Part shown: piece after piece, positions 27,270-36,215 of the stretch
Layout: each line of letters opens with the position of its first letter
Numbering within the stretch: position 1 is the stretch's first letter
Source: a virus
Direction: 5' to 3' (one strand)
Virus record (IMG/VR): IMGVR_UViG_3300033565_000007
Location: 33-64,032 of that record
DNA: 64,000 nt
Notes under the pieces: model-generated
The model's database searches: none
Seen by the model: the letters and a program-made list of their open reading frames with translations, nothing else
What the model was told of the DNA's origin: nothing
Program-made: the position numbers and the translations under genes

Positions 27270-27650
27270 AAAACCCGCAGCCCTTGCTGGGTCAAAGCAG
27301 GGGCAACACGAATTCCGCTTGCGGCGCATGCAGTGCCGGCCTTACTACCCGGTGCCGGATTCGGCGGAATCCGTGTTGGCGTGACAGCGCAAGTCGAACC
27401 ATTGAGGCATCAACTGGACGCAAATCCCGGCGTCGAATGCCATTCCGCAAGGATGCGGAGCCACAGACAAGCCCGCCTCGCATAGAGGACTCGCCAACAA
27501 CCCTTTCGATCCACCACGAAAGGCTAGGTGATCCACGAAGCGCGCCCAGCGCGCGACGCCGCGAGGCGGTGTATCCCGAAGCAGGAAAACGAACCTCCCT
27601 CGTTCTCGCTAGAGAGCGTTTCAGCCGCCCTACGGGGCGGCTTTTTTCTT
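27270..27650 (+). ncRNA. Candidate structured RNA, late leader part B (about 380 nt, ends in a terminator)
   Basis: 15-bp helix 27304-18/27364-78, several GNRA-capped hairpins, and AGCCGCCC-TACG-GGGCGGCT-TTTTT at 27623-48. Confidence 0.6.
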
Positions 27651-27665
27651 TTCTGGACAAGGAAG

Positions 27666-27869
27666 ATGAAACCGCACGAAGAGCGCGTGATCGCCGAGAA
27701 GGCCGAACTCGAAGCGAAAATCGCACGCCTGTCCACTTTCATCCGCTCGCCAGCCTACCGGGAATTGCCGATCGAAGAGAAGCAGCTCCTGCTGCGCCAG
27801 GAAGTGCTCATGTGCGAGCTCGTGCAGTGCCTGGTTGAGCGCATCGCGTTGTTCAAGGCGGTGGCGTGA
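27666..27869 (+). CDS. crAss001_48-like small helical protein
   Basis: MKPHEERVIAEKAELEAKIARLSTFI...EEKQLLLRQ...LVERIALF. Confidence 0.8.
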   Translation: MKPHEERVIAEKAELEAKIARLSTFIRSPAYRELPIEEKQLLLRQEVLMCELVQCLVERIALFKAVA

Positions 27870-28486
27870 TGGTAGCGAAGAAGCCGGCGCTTCCGAAGCC
27901 CGGAACATCAAGGCGGCAAGCTGAAGTGCGAAGGTCGCTCTTCATCGAGGCCTACATTGCGAACGGTGGCAACGCGACGCAAGCGGCTATCGCTGCTGGA
28001 TATTCAGTGCGAGACGCCAGAAATCGCGGATTGCGACTGTTAAAAGAGGCCGACATTGGCCGACAGATTTCCCAAAGGGCAGAAAAACTCGCGACCAAGT
28101 ACGAGCTCACGACCGAATCGGTCATCGCCGAGCTCTCGAAGATCGTCCATGCCGACCCGCGCAAGATGTTCAGCGCCGACGGTCGGCTGATTCATCCGCA
28201 CGACTGGCCGGACGACATGGCCGGCGTCATCGCCTCGATCGAGGTCGATGAACTCTTCGAAGGCACCGGCAAGGCGCGCCGCTGGACCGGCTACACCAAG
28301 AAAGTGAAGCTCTGGGACAAGAACAGCGCGATCGACAAGGCGATGAAGCACCTTGGCCTGTTCGCCGAGGACAACAAGCAGCGCGGCAGCGCGCTATCCG
28401 ATCTGCCGCGGGAAGTGGTCAAGGCGATCCTTGAGCGCTTGCAGCAGTTGAACGCCAAACATGGGCAACCCGCTCGACTGGATTGA
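27866..28486 (+). CDS. terS: Terminase small subunit
   Basis: FIEAYIANGGNATQAAIAAGYS...KVKLWDK..A. Confidence 0.93.
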   Translation: MMVAKKPALPKPGTSRRQAEVRRSLFIEAYIANGGNATQAAIAAGYSVRDARNRGLRLLKEADIGRQISQRAEKLATKYELTTESVIAELSKIVHADPRKMFSADGRLIHPHDWPDDMAGVIASIEVDELFEGTGKARRWTGYTKKVKLWDKNSAIDKAMKHLGLFAEDNKQRGSALSDLPREVVKAILERLQQLNAKHGQPARLD

Positions 28487-29900
28487 CCAGCTTCCGGCCG
28501 AAGCGCGCGCCGCGCTGATGGCCGAGGCGCAGACCGAGTTGGATCGCAACAAGCTCGAGGATTACCGGCCGTACCCGAAGCAGCGCCAGTTTCACGAGTT
28601 CGGCGCGACGATGCGCGAGCGCCTGTTGCGCGCCGGCAACCAGAACGGCAAGACCTTCTGCGTCGCCAACGAAGTCGCCTATCACCTGACCGGCGAGTAT
28701 CCGGACGACTGGACCGGCCGGCGATGGGATCGCCCCGTCGTGTGCTGGGCCTCCGGCGAGACCGCCGAGACGACGCGCGACAACCCGCAGCGCGCGCTGC
28801 TCGGGATCGTCGGCGAGTTCGGCACCGGCGCCGTGCCGTTCCGCTGTCTCGGCGACTACGGACTGGCGACCGGCGTCGCCGATCTCTACGACTACGTCAA
28901 GGTCAAGCACGTCGCGGGCGGCTGGTCGCTGCTGCGTTTCAAGTATTACGCCCAGGGCGCGAAGAAATGGATGGGTCCGCCCGTCGATTTCGTCTGGTTC
29001 GACGAAGAGCCGCCCGAAGAGATTTACGACGAAGGCCTGGCGCGCACGATCGCCACCGGCGGCATGGTCGCGCTGTCCTTCACGCCGCTAATGGGCATGT
29101 CGGAAGTCGTTCGCCGCTTCCTCGTCGATCCGACGCCGGACCGCGCCGACGTGAACATGACGATCGAGGACGCCGAGCATATCCCGCCGGCCGAGCGCGA
29201 ACGCATCATCAAGAGCTTCCCGCCGCACGAGCGCGAAGCCCGGGCGCGCGGCATTCCGACGCTGGGTTCCGGGCGGATTTACCCGGTCGATGAGGCGCTG
29301 ATCACCGAGAAGCCGCTGCTGATTCCCGAGCACTGGCCGCGCCTCGCCGGACTCGACTTCGGCTGGGATCACCCGACCGCCGCGGTCTGGGGCGCTTGGG
29401 ACCGCGACACCGACACGATCCACCTGTACGACTCCTACCGCGTCAGCGAGCAGCCCGTCATCGTGCACGCCGCGGCGATCAAGAGTCGCGGCGCTTGGAT
29501 TCCGGTCGCGTGGCCGCACGACGGACTGCAGCACGACAAGGGCGCCGGCATCGAGCTCGCCGAGCAGTACCGCGCGCAAGGCGTCGCGATGTTGCATGAA
29601 ATGGCGCAGTTCCCAGAAAACGACGAGCAGACGACGCTTTCGAAGGTCTCGGTCGAGGCCGGCATCGCCGAATTGCTCGACCGCATGCTCACCGGCCGAC
29701 TCAAGGTCGCCTCGCACCTGACCGAGTGGTTCGACGAGTTCCGGCTGTATCACCGCAAGGACGGCAAGGTCGTCAAGGAGTACGACGACCTGCTGTCGGC
29801 GACGCGCTACCTCTTGATGATGCTGCGTTACGCCAAGACCAAACCCGTGCAATCAACTGAATGGAAGGCGCGCCCGCGCGTCTCGTGGAGGACAGCATAG
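28461..29900 (+). CDS. terL: Terminase large subunit
   Basis: Walker A RAGNQNGKT, Walker B WFDEEP, nuclease GLDFGWDHPTA and DDLLSATRY. Confidence 0.96.
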   Translation: MGNPLDWIDQLPAEARAALMAEAQTELDRNKLEDYRPYPKQRQFHEFGATMRERLLRAGNQNGKTFCVANEVAYHLTGEYPDDWTGRRWDRPVVCWASGETAETTRDNPQRALLGIVGEFGTGAVPFRCLGDYGLATGVADLYDYVKVKHVAGGWSLLRFKYYAQGAKKWMGPPVDFVWFDEEPPEEIYDEGLARTIATGGMVALSFTPLMGMSEVVRRFLVDPTPDRADVNMTIEDAEHIPPAERERIIKSFPPHEREARARGIPTLGSGRIYPVDEALITEKPLLIPEHWPRLAGLDFGWDHPTAAVWGAWDRDTDTIHLYDSYRVSEQPVIVHAAAIKSRGAWIPVAWPHDGLQHDKGAGIELAEQYRAQGVAMLHEMAQFPENDEQTTLSKVSVEAGIAELLDRMLTGRLKVASHLTEWFDEFRLYHRKDGKVVKEYDDLLSATRYLLMMLRYAKTKPVQSTEWKARPRVSWRTA

Positions 29901-32290
29901 TGAACGATCCGACCTTGGTTGTCGACCGCGCAACCGCCGCCGACATCGTCGCGACCGGTGTGTCCTCGCCCGGCGCGCTGCCGTGGCGCACCTTCGAAAA
30001 ATGGATGGGCGACCTGCGCAATCAGCCGGCCTGGCGCACGCTCGCGGACAAGTGCGCCGACTACTACGACGGCAACCAGATCACCGCCGACCAGCTGCAG
30101 GCGATGGAAGACGCCGGCATGGCGCCGATCATCGCGAACATCATCCGCCCGACCGTCGACGTCGTGCTCGGCATGGAAGCGAAGACGCGACAGGACTGGC
30201 GCGTCGTCTCCGACGCCGGCGAGTTCCAGGACGTCGCCGAGGCCGAGTCGTTCAAGCTCGCCGAGGCCGAACGCGAAGCCAAAGCTGACCGCGCCTGCTC
30301 GGACGCCTATGCCGGGCAGATCAAGGCCGGGCTGCACTGGGTCGAAGTCTCGCGATCCCTCAATCCCTTCGAGTTCCCGTACCGCGTCCGCGCCGTCAAT
30401 CGCCGCGAAATATGGTGGGACTGGCGCGCGCAGGAACCTGACCTGTCGGATGGGCGCTTCCTCCTGCGCAAGCGCTGGATCGATCTCGACGAGTCGATCG
30501 CCGTTTTCCCTGAGAAGAAGGAACTGCTCGAGCACATCGGTTCCGGGCGCATCACGTTCAACCGCTTCGACCTGACCGCTGAAACGCAGTCCGAAGCGCT
30601 GGTCGACGCCCACACGCGCGAACTCAGGACGACGCTCGACGACCTCGAATTCCGCGATACCGAGCGCGGCATGCTGTGCCTGGGCGAGCTCTGGTACCGC
30701 ACCTGGCACCGTGGCCACGTCATCAAAGTCGCCGGCCGCGTCATTCCGGTCGATACCTCGAATCCCGTCATCGCCGCCGCGGTCGCCTACCAGAAAGTCA
30801 AGGTGATGCCGGCCGTCTATCCGAAGGTGCGGCTCAGTTGGTGGGCGGGCCCGCACTGCCTCGCCGACATCGAGACGAAACGCCGGCGCTTCCCCTACGT
30901 GCCGTTCTGGGGCTTCCGCGAAGACCGTACCGGCATCCCGTATGGACTGATTCGGCCGATGCTCGACCCGCAGGACGAATACAACGCGCGCCGGGCAAAG
31001 CTGATGTGGCTGCTCTCGGCGAAGCGCGTCTTTGCCGATTCGGACGCGCTCGACGAGAACTACAACACACTGTCGGATCTCGCCAAGGAAATCGGTCGTC
31101 CTGACGCCGTCGTGGTGATGAACCCGAACCGCAAGCCCACGTCTGGCGTGAAGGTCGATACCGACCACGCGCTCGCGACGCAGCAGTTCGAAGTCATGCA
31201 CGACGCGCAGAACCTCCTGCAGCAGACCGCCGGCGTCTATCAGACCATGATGGGACAGGCCGGCAACGGCGTCACGGCAAACAGCGCCTTGAACACGCTC
31301 GTCGAGCAGGGCGCGACGACGCTCGCCGAAATCAACGACAACTACCGTTTCGCGCGGCGCCTCGTCGGCGAAATGCTGATGGAACTCATCGTCGAGGACA
31401 TCGGCGGCGAGCAGACCGAAGTCTCGGTCGGCGAAGGCAAGAAGGCCAAGAAGATCATCCTCAACCAGCGCCTGCAAGACGGCAGCATCGCCAACGACGT
31501 GATGCGCGCCGGCACGAAGGTCGCGTTGGCCGACGTCCCGAGCACGCCGGCTTACCGCGCGCAGCAGCTCACGATGCTTGGCGAACTCACGAAGTCGCTG
31601 CCGCCGAACATCCAGGCGACGATCATCGACTTCGTCATCGAGGCGACGGATCTGCCGCAGCGCCGCGAAATGGCCGAGCGCATCCGCGGCGCGCTCGGCA
31701 TCCAGGATCCGGCCGACATGACGCCCGAGCAGCAGGCGCAGGCCGAGAAGATGCTCGGGGAGCAGCAGCAGGAAGCGCAGGCCGCGAAGGCACTCGCGGT
31801 GCGTGGTGCCGTGGCCGACATTTCGGTCAAGGAAGCCAGTGCCGCCAAGATCGCGGCCGAAGCCCGGAAGACCGACAGCGAGGCGGCGCAGTCGCAAACT
31901 GCCGGCCAGGCTTCCCCGCGCGAGCAGGAACTGCAGGCGCAACTTCAGGATCTCGTCGCCCAGATCGCCGCGGCGCGCACCGAGGCGAACGACCAACTCG
32001 CCGAGATCAAGGCGACCTACGAGAAGCAGATCGACGACCTGCGCGAGGCCCTATCGACCGCACAGATCGCCGTCGACGACAAGCGCATCGAAGCTGACAC
32101 GCGCCGGTATGAGGCCGACGCCGAAGTCAGGAAGGCGCAGATCGAAGCCGACGCCCACGCGCGCGAGGAGGACATCGAGGCGAAATTCGGCGAGCAGTTA
32201 AAACCCCTGCTCGAGCAGATCAAGAGTGTTCGCGACGAGCTCGCCAAGGCCAGAAAGGAACCGAAGGCTGAGAAAGGGGATGACAAATGA
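29900..32290 (+). CDS. Portal protein (podovirus type)
   Basis: Follows TerL; DYYDGNQ...N.IRPTVD.VLG.E...FPYVPFWG...YGLIRPM.DPQ.EYN; GTG start. Confidence 0.92.
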   Translation: MNDPTLVVDRATAADIVATGVSSPGALPWRTFEKWMGDLRNQPAWRTLADKCADYYDGNQITADQLQAMEDAGMAPIIANIIRPTVDVVLGMEAKTRQDWRVVSDAGEFQDVAEAESFKLAEAEREAKADRACSDAYAGQIKAGLHWVEVSRSLNPFEFPYRVRAVNRREIWWDWRAQEPDLSDGRFLLRKRWIDLDESIAVFPEKKELLEHIGSGRITFNRFDLTAETQSEALVDAHTRELRTTLDDLEFRDTERGMLCLGELWYRTWHRGHVIKVAGRVIPVDTSNPVIAAAVAYQKVKVMPAVYPKVRLSWWAGPHCLADIETKRRRFPYVPFWGFREDRTGIPYGLIRPMLDPQDEYNARRAKLMWLLSAKRVFADSDALDENYNTLSDLAKEIGRPDAVVVMNPNRKPTSGVKVDTDHALATQQFEVMHDAQNLLQQTAGVYQTMMGQAGNGVTANSALNTLVEQGATTLAEINDNYRFARRLVGEMLMELIVEDIGGEQTEVSVGEGKKAKKIILNQRLQDGSIANDVMRAGTKVALADVPSTPAYRAQQLTMLGELTKSLPPNIQATIIDFVIEATDLPQRREMAERIRGALGIQDPADMTPEQQAQAEKMLGEQQQEAQAAKALAVRGAVADISVKEASAAKIAAEARKTDSEAAQSQTAGQASPREQELQAQLQDLVAQIAAARTEANDQLAEIKATYEKQIDDLREALSTAQIAVDDKRIEADTRRYEADAEVRKAQIEADAHAREEDIEAKFGEQLKPLLEQIKSVRDELAKARKEPKAEKGDDK

Positions 32291-32544
32291 ACGACTCACT
32301 ACAGCTTGAAGTTGCGAAGGTGACGCCGCCTGTCGGAGTCGTCGTTTATGAAAAGCTGACACAAATCACCTTGTCAGACGTTGTCCTCTGGCTGACGGCG
32401 ATCTATACGGCGCTGCTCATCATCGGATGGATCAGGAAGTATCTGAAGTCGCGCCGCCTTGCAGACAGCGACCCGATCTGCGCCGAGGACTGTCCGGTCG
32501 CCAAGCGTCTGATCGAAGAGCGCGACGAGGCTGTGAAGCCATGA
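32287..32544 (+). CDS. Putative holin/antiholin
   Basis: Transmembrane ITLSDVVLWLTAIYTALLIIGW and charged C-terminus, upstream of the endolysin. Confidence 0.65.
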   Translation: MNDSLQLEVAKVTPPVGVVVYEKLTQITLSDVVLWLTAIYTALLIIGWIRKYLKSRRLADSDPICAEDCPVAKRLIEERDEAVKP

Positions 32545-32714
32545 ACGAGAGCTTCACCTTCCTGCGCGCGCTGACGGCGCTCGTCGTCGCGCTCTACATC
32601 GGCGCGGCCATCTACGCGCTGGTAGTCAAGATGGTGTCATGGCCGGACTTCGCCGGCGCAGTGGGTCCGATGGCCGGCATGCTCGTGGGCTACTGGGTCC
32701 GTGGCGAGAAATGA
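32541..32714 (+). CDS. Two-TM small protein, putative (pin)holin
   Basis: 57 aa, two hydrophobic helices, directly before the endolysin. Confidence 0.55.
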   Translation: MNESFTFLRALTALVVALYIGAAIYALVVKMVSWPDFAGAVGPMAGMLVGYWVRGEK

Positions 32715-33196
32715 AGCCCATCGCGCGTATCGCTCTGGCGGTTTCCGGAGCGCTGGCGATTGCTGCGCCTGCCGAAGGCCTGCGCCAGTACGCCTACTAC
32801 GATCCGCCCGGCATCCTGACGGTGTGCTTTGGTCACACCGGCGATGTGCAGATTGGCCGCTTGTACCCGCTGGCAGAGTGCAAGGCGCTGCTGAACGCGG
32901 ATATGCTGCGCGCCGTCGAGACCGTCGAGCGCTGCGTTCCCGGACTTCCGTTTAAGACCCTGGCCGCGTTCGGTGACGCCGTCTTCAATCTCGGCCCGAC
33001 GATCGTCTGCAACGAGAAGGCGTCGATGGCAGCGCGCCTGCTCGCGGTCGGCAACCTTGTCGCCGCCTGCAACCAGTTACCGCGCTGGAACAAGGCGACG
33101 ATCGCCGGCGTGAAGGTCGAACTGCCGGGTCTGACCAAACGGCGTGCCGCAGAGCGCGCCTTGTGCCTCGAGGGTGCCCATGCGATCGAAGCGTGA
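32711..33196 (+). CDS. GH24 lysozyme, SAR-type endolysin
   Basis: Hydrophobic N-terminus followed by the E-8-D-5-T triad (EGLRQYAYYDPPGILT). Confidence 0.93.
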   Translation: MKPIARIALAVSGALAIAAPAEGLRQYAYYDPPGILTVCFGHTGDVQIGRLYPLAECKALLNADMLRAVETVERCVPGLPFKTLAAFGDAVFNLGPTIVCNEKASMAARLLAVGNLVAACNQLPRWNKATIAGVKVELPGLTKRRAAERALCLEGAHAIEA

Positions 33197-33374
33197 CCCC
33201 TTCCCGCCGCTGTGCTGTGGCGCGTGCCACTTCTGCACCAAAGAAGACGACGGTTATTTCTGTTGGGCTGCGTTGCCGTCGCTAGATGAAACAACGCGGG
33301 AGGCTCGGCGCGGCGTTCCCGTTGTGCCCGAGTGGCAAGACTGCGCCACGTTCAAACCGAGGATGAACGCATGA
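33180..33374 (+). CDS. Small Cys-rich protein
   Basis: CGACHFC...C...C. Confidence 0.55.
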   Translation: MRSKRDPFPPLCCGACHFCTKEDDGYFCWAALPSLDETTREARRGVPVVPEWQDCATFKPRMNA

Positions 33375-33703
33375 CGTTTACCTATTTGGCGAGCCCATAC
33401 TCGCATCCCGACCCGGTCGTTCGCCAGCAACGGTTTGAAGCAGTTTGCAAGGTGGCCGCCAAACTAATGCTTGCCGGCGAAGTCGTGTTCTCGCCGATTG
33501 CGCATTCGCACTCGATCGAGACGGTCGGTCTCAAGGACGTGAAGAACGGCGCCTTCTGGAAAGAACAGGACATTCCGATCCTGCGCCACGCCGCGCGCCT
33601 CGTCGTGCTGATGCTGCCCGGCTGGCAAGAGAGCGCCGGCATCGCCTGGGAGATCGAAACCGCGCAGTACCTGCGCATTCCTGTGGAGTTCATCGAGCCA
33701 TGA
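33371..33703 (+). CDS. DUF1937 (nucleoside deoxyribosyltransferase-like fold)
   Basis: YLASPYSH...FSPIAHSH...W...D...LPGWQES.G...E. Confidence 0.85.
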   Translation: MTFTYLASPYSHPDPVVRQQRFEAVCKVAAKLMLAGEVVFSPIAHSHSIETVGLKDVKNGAFWKEQDIPILRHAARLVVLMLPGWQESAGIAWEIETAQYLRIPVEFIEP

Positions 33704-34062
33704 GCCTGCCCACTGATCCCAAGGCCCGCAAGGACATCCCGATCTATTCCGGCTTCGTCTGCTACTTCCCGCTGGCGATGGCCGCGGTCGCCGAGCTCTC
33801 GCGCATCGGCAATGACCAGCACAACCCCGGCAAGCCGCTCGGTTGGGACCGCTCAAAGTCCGGCGACGAGAAAGACGCGATGATGCGGCACCTCGTCGAT
33901 CAAGCGATCGATGGTGACCAAGCCACCGACCAAGACGGCGTCTTGCACGCGACGAAAAAAGCCTGGCGGGCAATGGCTGACCTGCAGAAGATCCTCGAGC
34001 GGCGCGCGGAGAAGGCGTCGGCGCCGAAGCTCGCAGGCTTCCCACCCGAGGATGGCGAATAA
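33700..34062 (+). CDS. dATP/dGTP diphosphohydrolase-like (DUF5664-type) protein
   Basis: RK..PIYSG...YFPLAMAAVAELS..GNDQHN...W...DAMMRHL...DGVLHA...AWRAMA. Confidence 0.75.
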   Translation: MSLPTDPKARKDIPIYSGFVCYFPLAMAAVAELSRIGNDQHNPGKPLGWDRSKSGDEKDAMMRHLVDQAIDGDQATDQDGVLHATKKAWRAMADLQKILERRAEKASAPKLAGFPPEDGE

Positions 34063-35315
34063 TGGCGAACCGACCGCTTCCCGAACATGTTCTGCAAGAA
34101 GCACGCGACGCGCTGGCAAAATACAAAACGCAGGCCGCCGCCGCCGCCGCGCTCGGCATCAGCCGCGCGACACTGCAGAGCCGGTTGCTCAACGCTGACC
34201 GGGTGCTGCCCAAGCAGCAACCTGATATTCGGGTCAGTTACCCGATCGAGCGCGCCTTCGTCGGAAAATCCGGGCAGGCCGCGGCCGACACCGAGGACTT
34301 GTGTACGCGCATCAAGCGCGTGCTGCGTAAAGCGCCGGCGTCGCTGGACGCGATCGCAGCGGGGATGAATATTTCGCGTGGCGCCGTACTCGATGCGATC
34401 GACACGCTCAAGGCGGCCGGCGTCAATATCTGCCACTTCGGCGAAGAATTTTCGATCGAGACGGCGCCGGCGCCGCAGTATGCCGCCGACGGCGGCCTGC
34501 CTGTATATACGTCGCGTCCCGACAACACCTTCCTCTACGGCTTCACGAGCGACGGCCACATGGGCAGCAAATACGAGAGGCTCGACGTCATCAATGACCT
34601 GTACGACCGTTTCGCCGAGGCCGGCGTCGATCGCGTCTTCAATGCCGGCAACTGGATCGATGGCGAGAAGCAGGGCATCAACAAGTTCGACCTGCACACG
34701 CACGGGATGGACGCGCAGTTGGCCTACCTCGCCAAACACTACCCGCAGCGCGAGGGAATCGTCACCTACGCCGTCGCCGGCGACGATCACGAGGGCTGGT
34801 ATTGCCAGCGCGAGGGCGTCGATATCGGCGCCTACGCCGAGCTCAAGATGCGCCAGGCAGGGCGCGAGGACTTCGTTAACCTCGGCTACATCGAGGCCTT
34901 CGTCGAACTGACGAACGCCAACAGCGGCCAGAACGCGAAACTGCTCGTCTGCCATCCGGGCGGCGGGTCGGCCTACGCGATCAGCTACACGAGCCAGAAG
35001 TCGATCGAGGCCTTCGAGGGCGGTGAGAAGCCGGCGGTGGCGCTGTTCGGCCACTACCACAAGATGATGTACGCCTGCATCCGCAACGTCCATGCGATCC
35101 AGACCGGCTGCTGCGAGGACCAGACGCCGTTCATGCGCAAGAAGAAACTTTCGGCGCACGTCGGCGGCGGAATCTGCAGGCTGACGCAGGATCCAGTGAC
35201 GGGCGCGATCACGTCCTGCACGGTGCAGTTCTTCAACTATTTCAATCAGGGCTACTACAACGACCGCTGGTCGATGTCTGGCGCGGTCAATAACCCGGAA
35301 AGGAAGCGGCCATGA
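34062..35315 (+). CDS. Calcineurin-like metallophosphoesterase with N-terminal HTH domains
   Basis: SDGH, AGNWIDG, AGDDHE, HPGGG, FGHYH; N-terminal AAAALGISRATLQSRL and IAAGMNISRGAV. Confidence 0.88.
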   Translation: MANRPLPEHVLQEARDALAKYKTQAAAAAALGISRATLQSRLLNADRVLPKQQPDIRVSYPIERAFVGKSGQAAADTEDLCTRIKRVLRKAPASLDAIAAGMNISRGAVLDAIDTLKAAGVNICHFGEEFSIETAPAPQYAADGGLPVYTSRPDNTFLYGFTSDGHMGSKYERLDVINDLYDRFAEAGVDRVFNAGNWIDGEKQGINKFDLHTHGMDAQLAYLAKHYPQREGIVTYAVAGDDHEGWYCQREGVDIGAYAELKMRQAGREDFVNLGYIEAFVELTNANSGQNAKLLVCHPGGGSAYAISYTSQKSIEAFEGGEKPAVALFGHYHKMMYACIRNVHAIQTGCCEDQTPFMRKKKLSAHVGGGICRLTQDPVTGAITSCTVQFFNYFNQGYYNDRWSMSGAVNNPERKRP

Positions 35316-35560
35316 GCGTCGTCGCGCTGCACGGCGGTATCAGGGTCGCCACCGGCAAGCCGAACGAGGCGCTGGTCAAGGGGCTAGAGCAGATGCTGGG
35401 CATGGCAAAGACCGGGCAATTACAGTCGTTCATCGGCACCGGCTTTACCGTCGACGGCTTGAGAGCATCGACCTGGGCCGATTATCACGACAACGTCTAC
35501 CAGATGCTCGGCGGTCTCGAATGGCTCAAGTATGAATACATCGCGAGGCACCCCAAATGA
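35312..35560 (+). CDS. Small hypothetical protein
   Basis: ATGA-coupled. Confidence 0.7.
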   Translation: MSVVALHGGIRVATGKPNEALVKGLEQMLGMAKTGQLQSFIGTGFTVDGLRASTWADYHDNVYQMLGGLEWLKYEYIARHPK

Positions 35561-36021
35561 CCCTGCCGCTCTGGGCGAAAGCCCTGATCTTCGCCGCGAT
35601 CCTCGGCGCCGCGGCGTGGGCCGTCAATGCCTGGGGCAACAAGCACGAGCAGATCGGCTACGACCGCGCCGTCGCTAAGTCCAACGCCGAGCGGATTGTT
35701 TCGTTGCAGGAATCCGCCATAGAAACCGCTGCAATGCTAGGAGCAAAAGAAAATGCCATCAATGTGCGCATCGAAGCTGAAAAGAAGGCCAAGTCTGCTC
35801 TTGCTGCTGCTCGCGCTGAGTCTGGCGAGCTGCGCGACACGATCGCCGATCTCCGCAGCAGCCTGTCCGACGCTTCCCTCGAAGCCTGTCGCGCTCGAGC
35901 CGACGCCGGACTACGACTACTTGGAGCGTGCCAGGAGCGATATCTCGGAGTGGCAGAAGCAGCTAAAGGCCACCTTGCCGACGCGCTGATGTGTCAGCAG
36001 GCGTGGCCGCGCACGAAATGA
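35557..36021 (+). CDS. Rz: i-spanin (Rz-like)
   Basis: Single N-terminal transmembrane helix plus coiled coil. Confidence 0.82.
   Translation: MTLPLWAKALIFAAILGAAAWAVNAWGNKHEQIGYDRAVAKSNAERIVSLQESAIETAAMLGAKENAINVRIEAEKKAKSALAAARAESGELRDTIADLRSSLSDASLEACRARADAGLRLLGACQERYLGVAEAAKGHLADALMCQQAWPRTK
35753..35989 (+). CDS. Rz1: o-spanin lipoprotein embedded in Rz (+1 frame)
   Basis: Basic N-terminus, LLLLLLALSLASC lipobox, Pro-rich, fully nested. Confidence 0.82.
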   Translation: MPSMCASKLKRRPSLLLLLLALSLASCATRSPISAAACPTLPSKPVALEPTPDYDYLERARSDISEWQKQLKATLPTR

Positions 36022-36023
36022 TG

Positions 36024-36052
36024 TTGCAATTTCGCAATTAGGGGATTAGCAT
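36024..36052 (+). promoter_or_regulatory. Late promoter 2
   Basis: TTGCAA-17-TAGCAT; downstream sequence homologous to late promoter 1. Confidence 0.8.
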
Positions 36053-36123
36053 TTCCTTCGTGGGCCGAGTCGCGCCCAGACAATCCCGAATTCACGCACG
36101 GCCATTGCGACAACATGGCCACA

Positions 36124-36180
36124 GAAACCCGCCTTCGTGCGGGTTTTTGCGTTTCTGAGCCGCCTTCGGGCGGCTTTTTT
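36124..36180 (+). terminator. Tandem terminators before the head genes
   Basis: AAACCCGC-CTTCGT-GCGGGTTTTT and AGCCGCC-TTCG-GGCGGCTTTTTT. Confidence 0.88.
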
Positions 36181-36215
36181 ATTGCCGCATCCACGCGATA
36201 ACTGGAGATCCCGAA

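Noticed and set aside
29828-31996. 722-aa minus-strand ORF
   Set aside because: Antisense shadow of the portal gene caused by high GC3; no motifs.
33700-34062. Evidence for a 2-aminoadenine (Z) genome
   Set aside because: No PurZ and no phage DNA polymerase; the diphosphohydrolase-like gene alone is insufficient.
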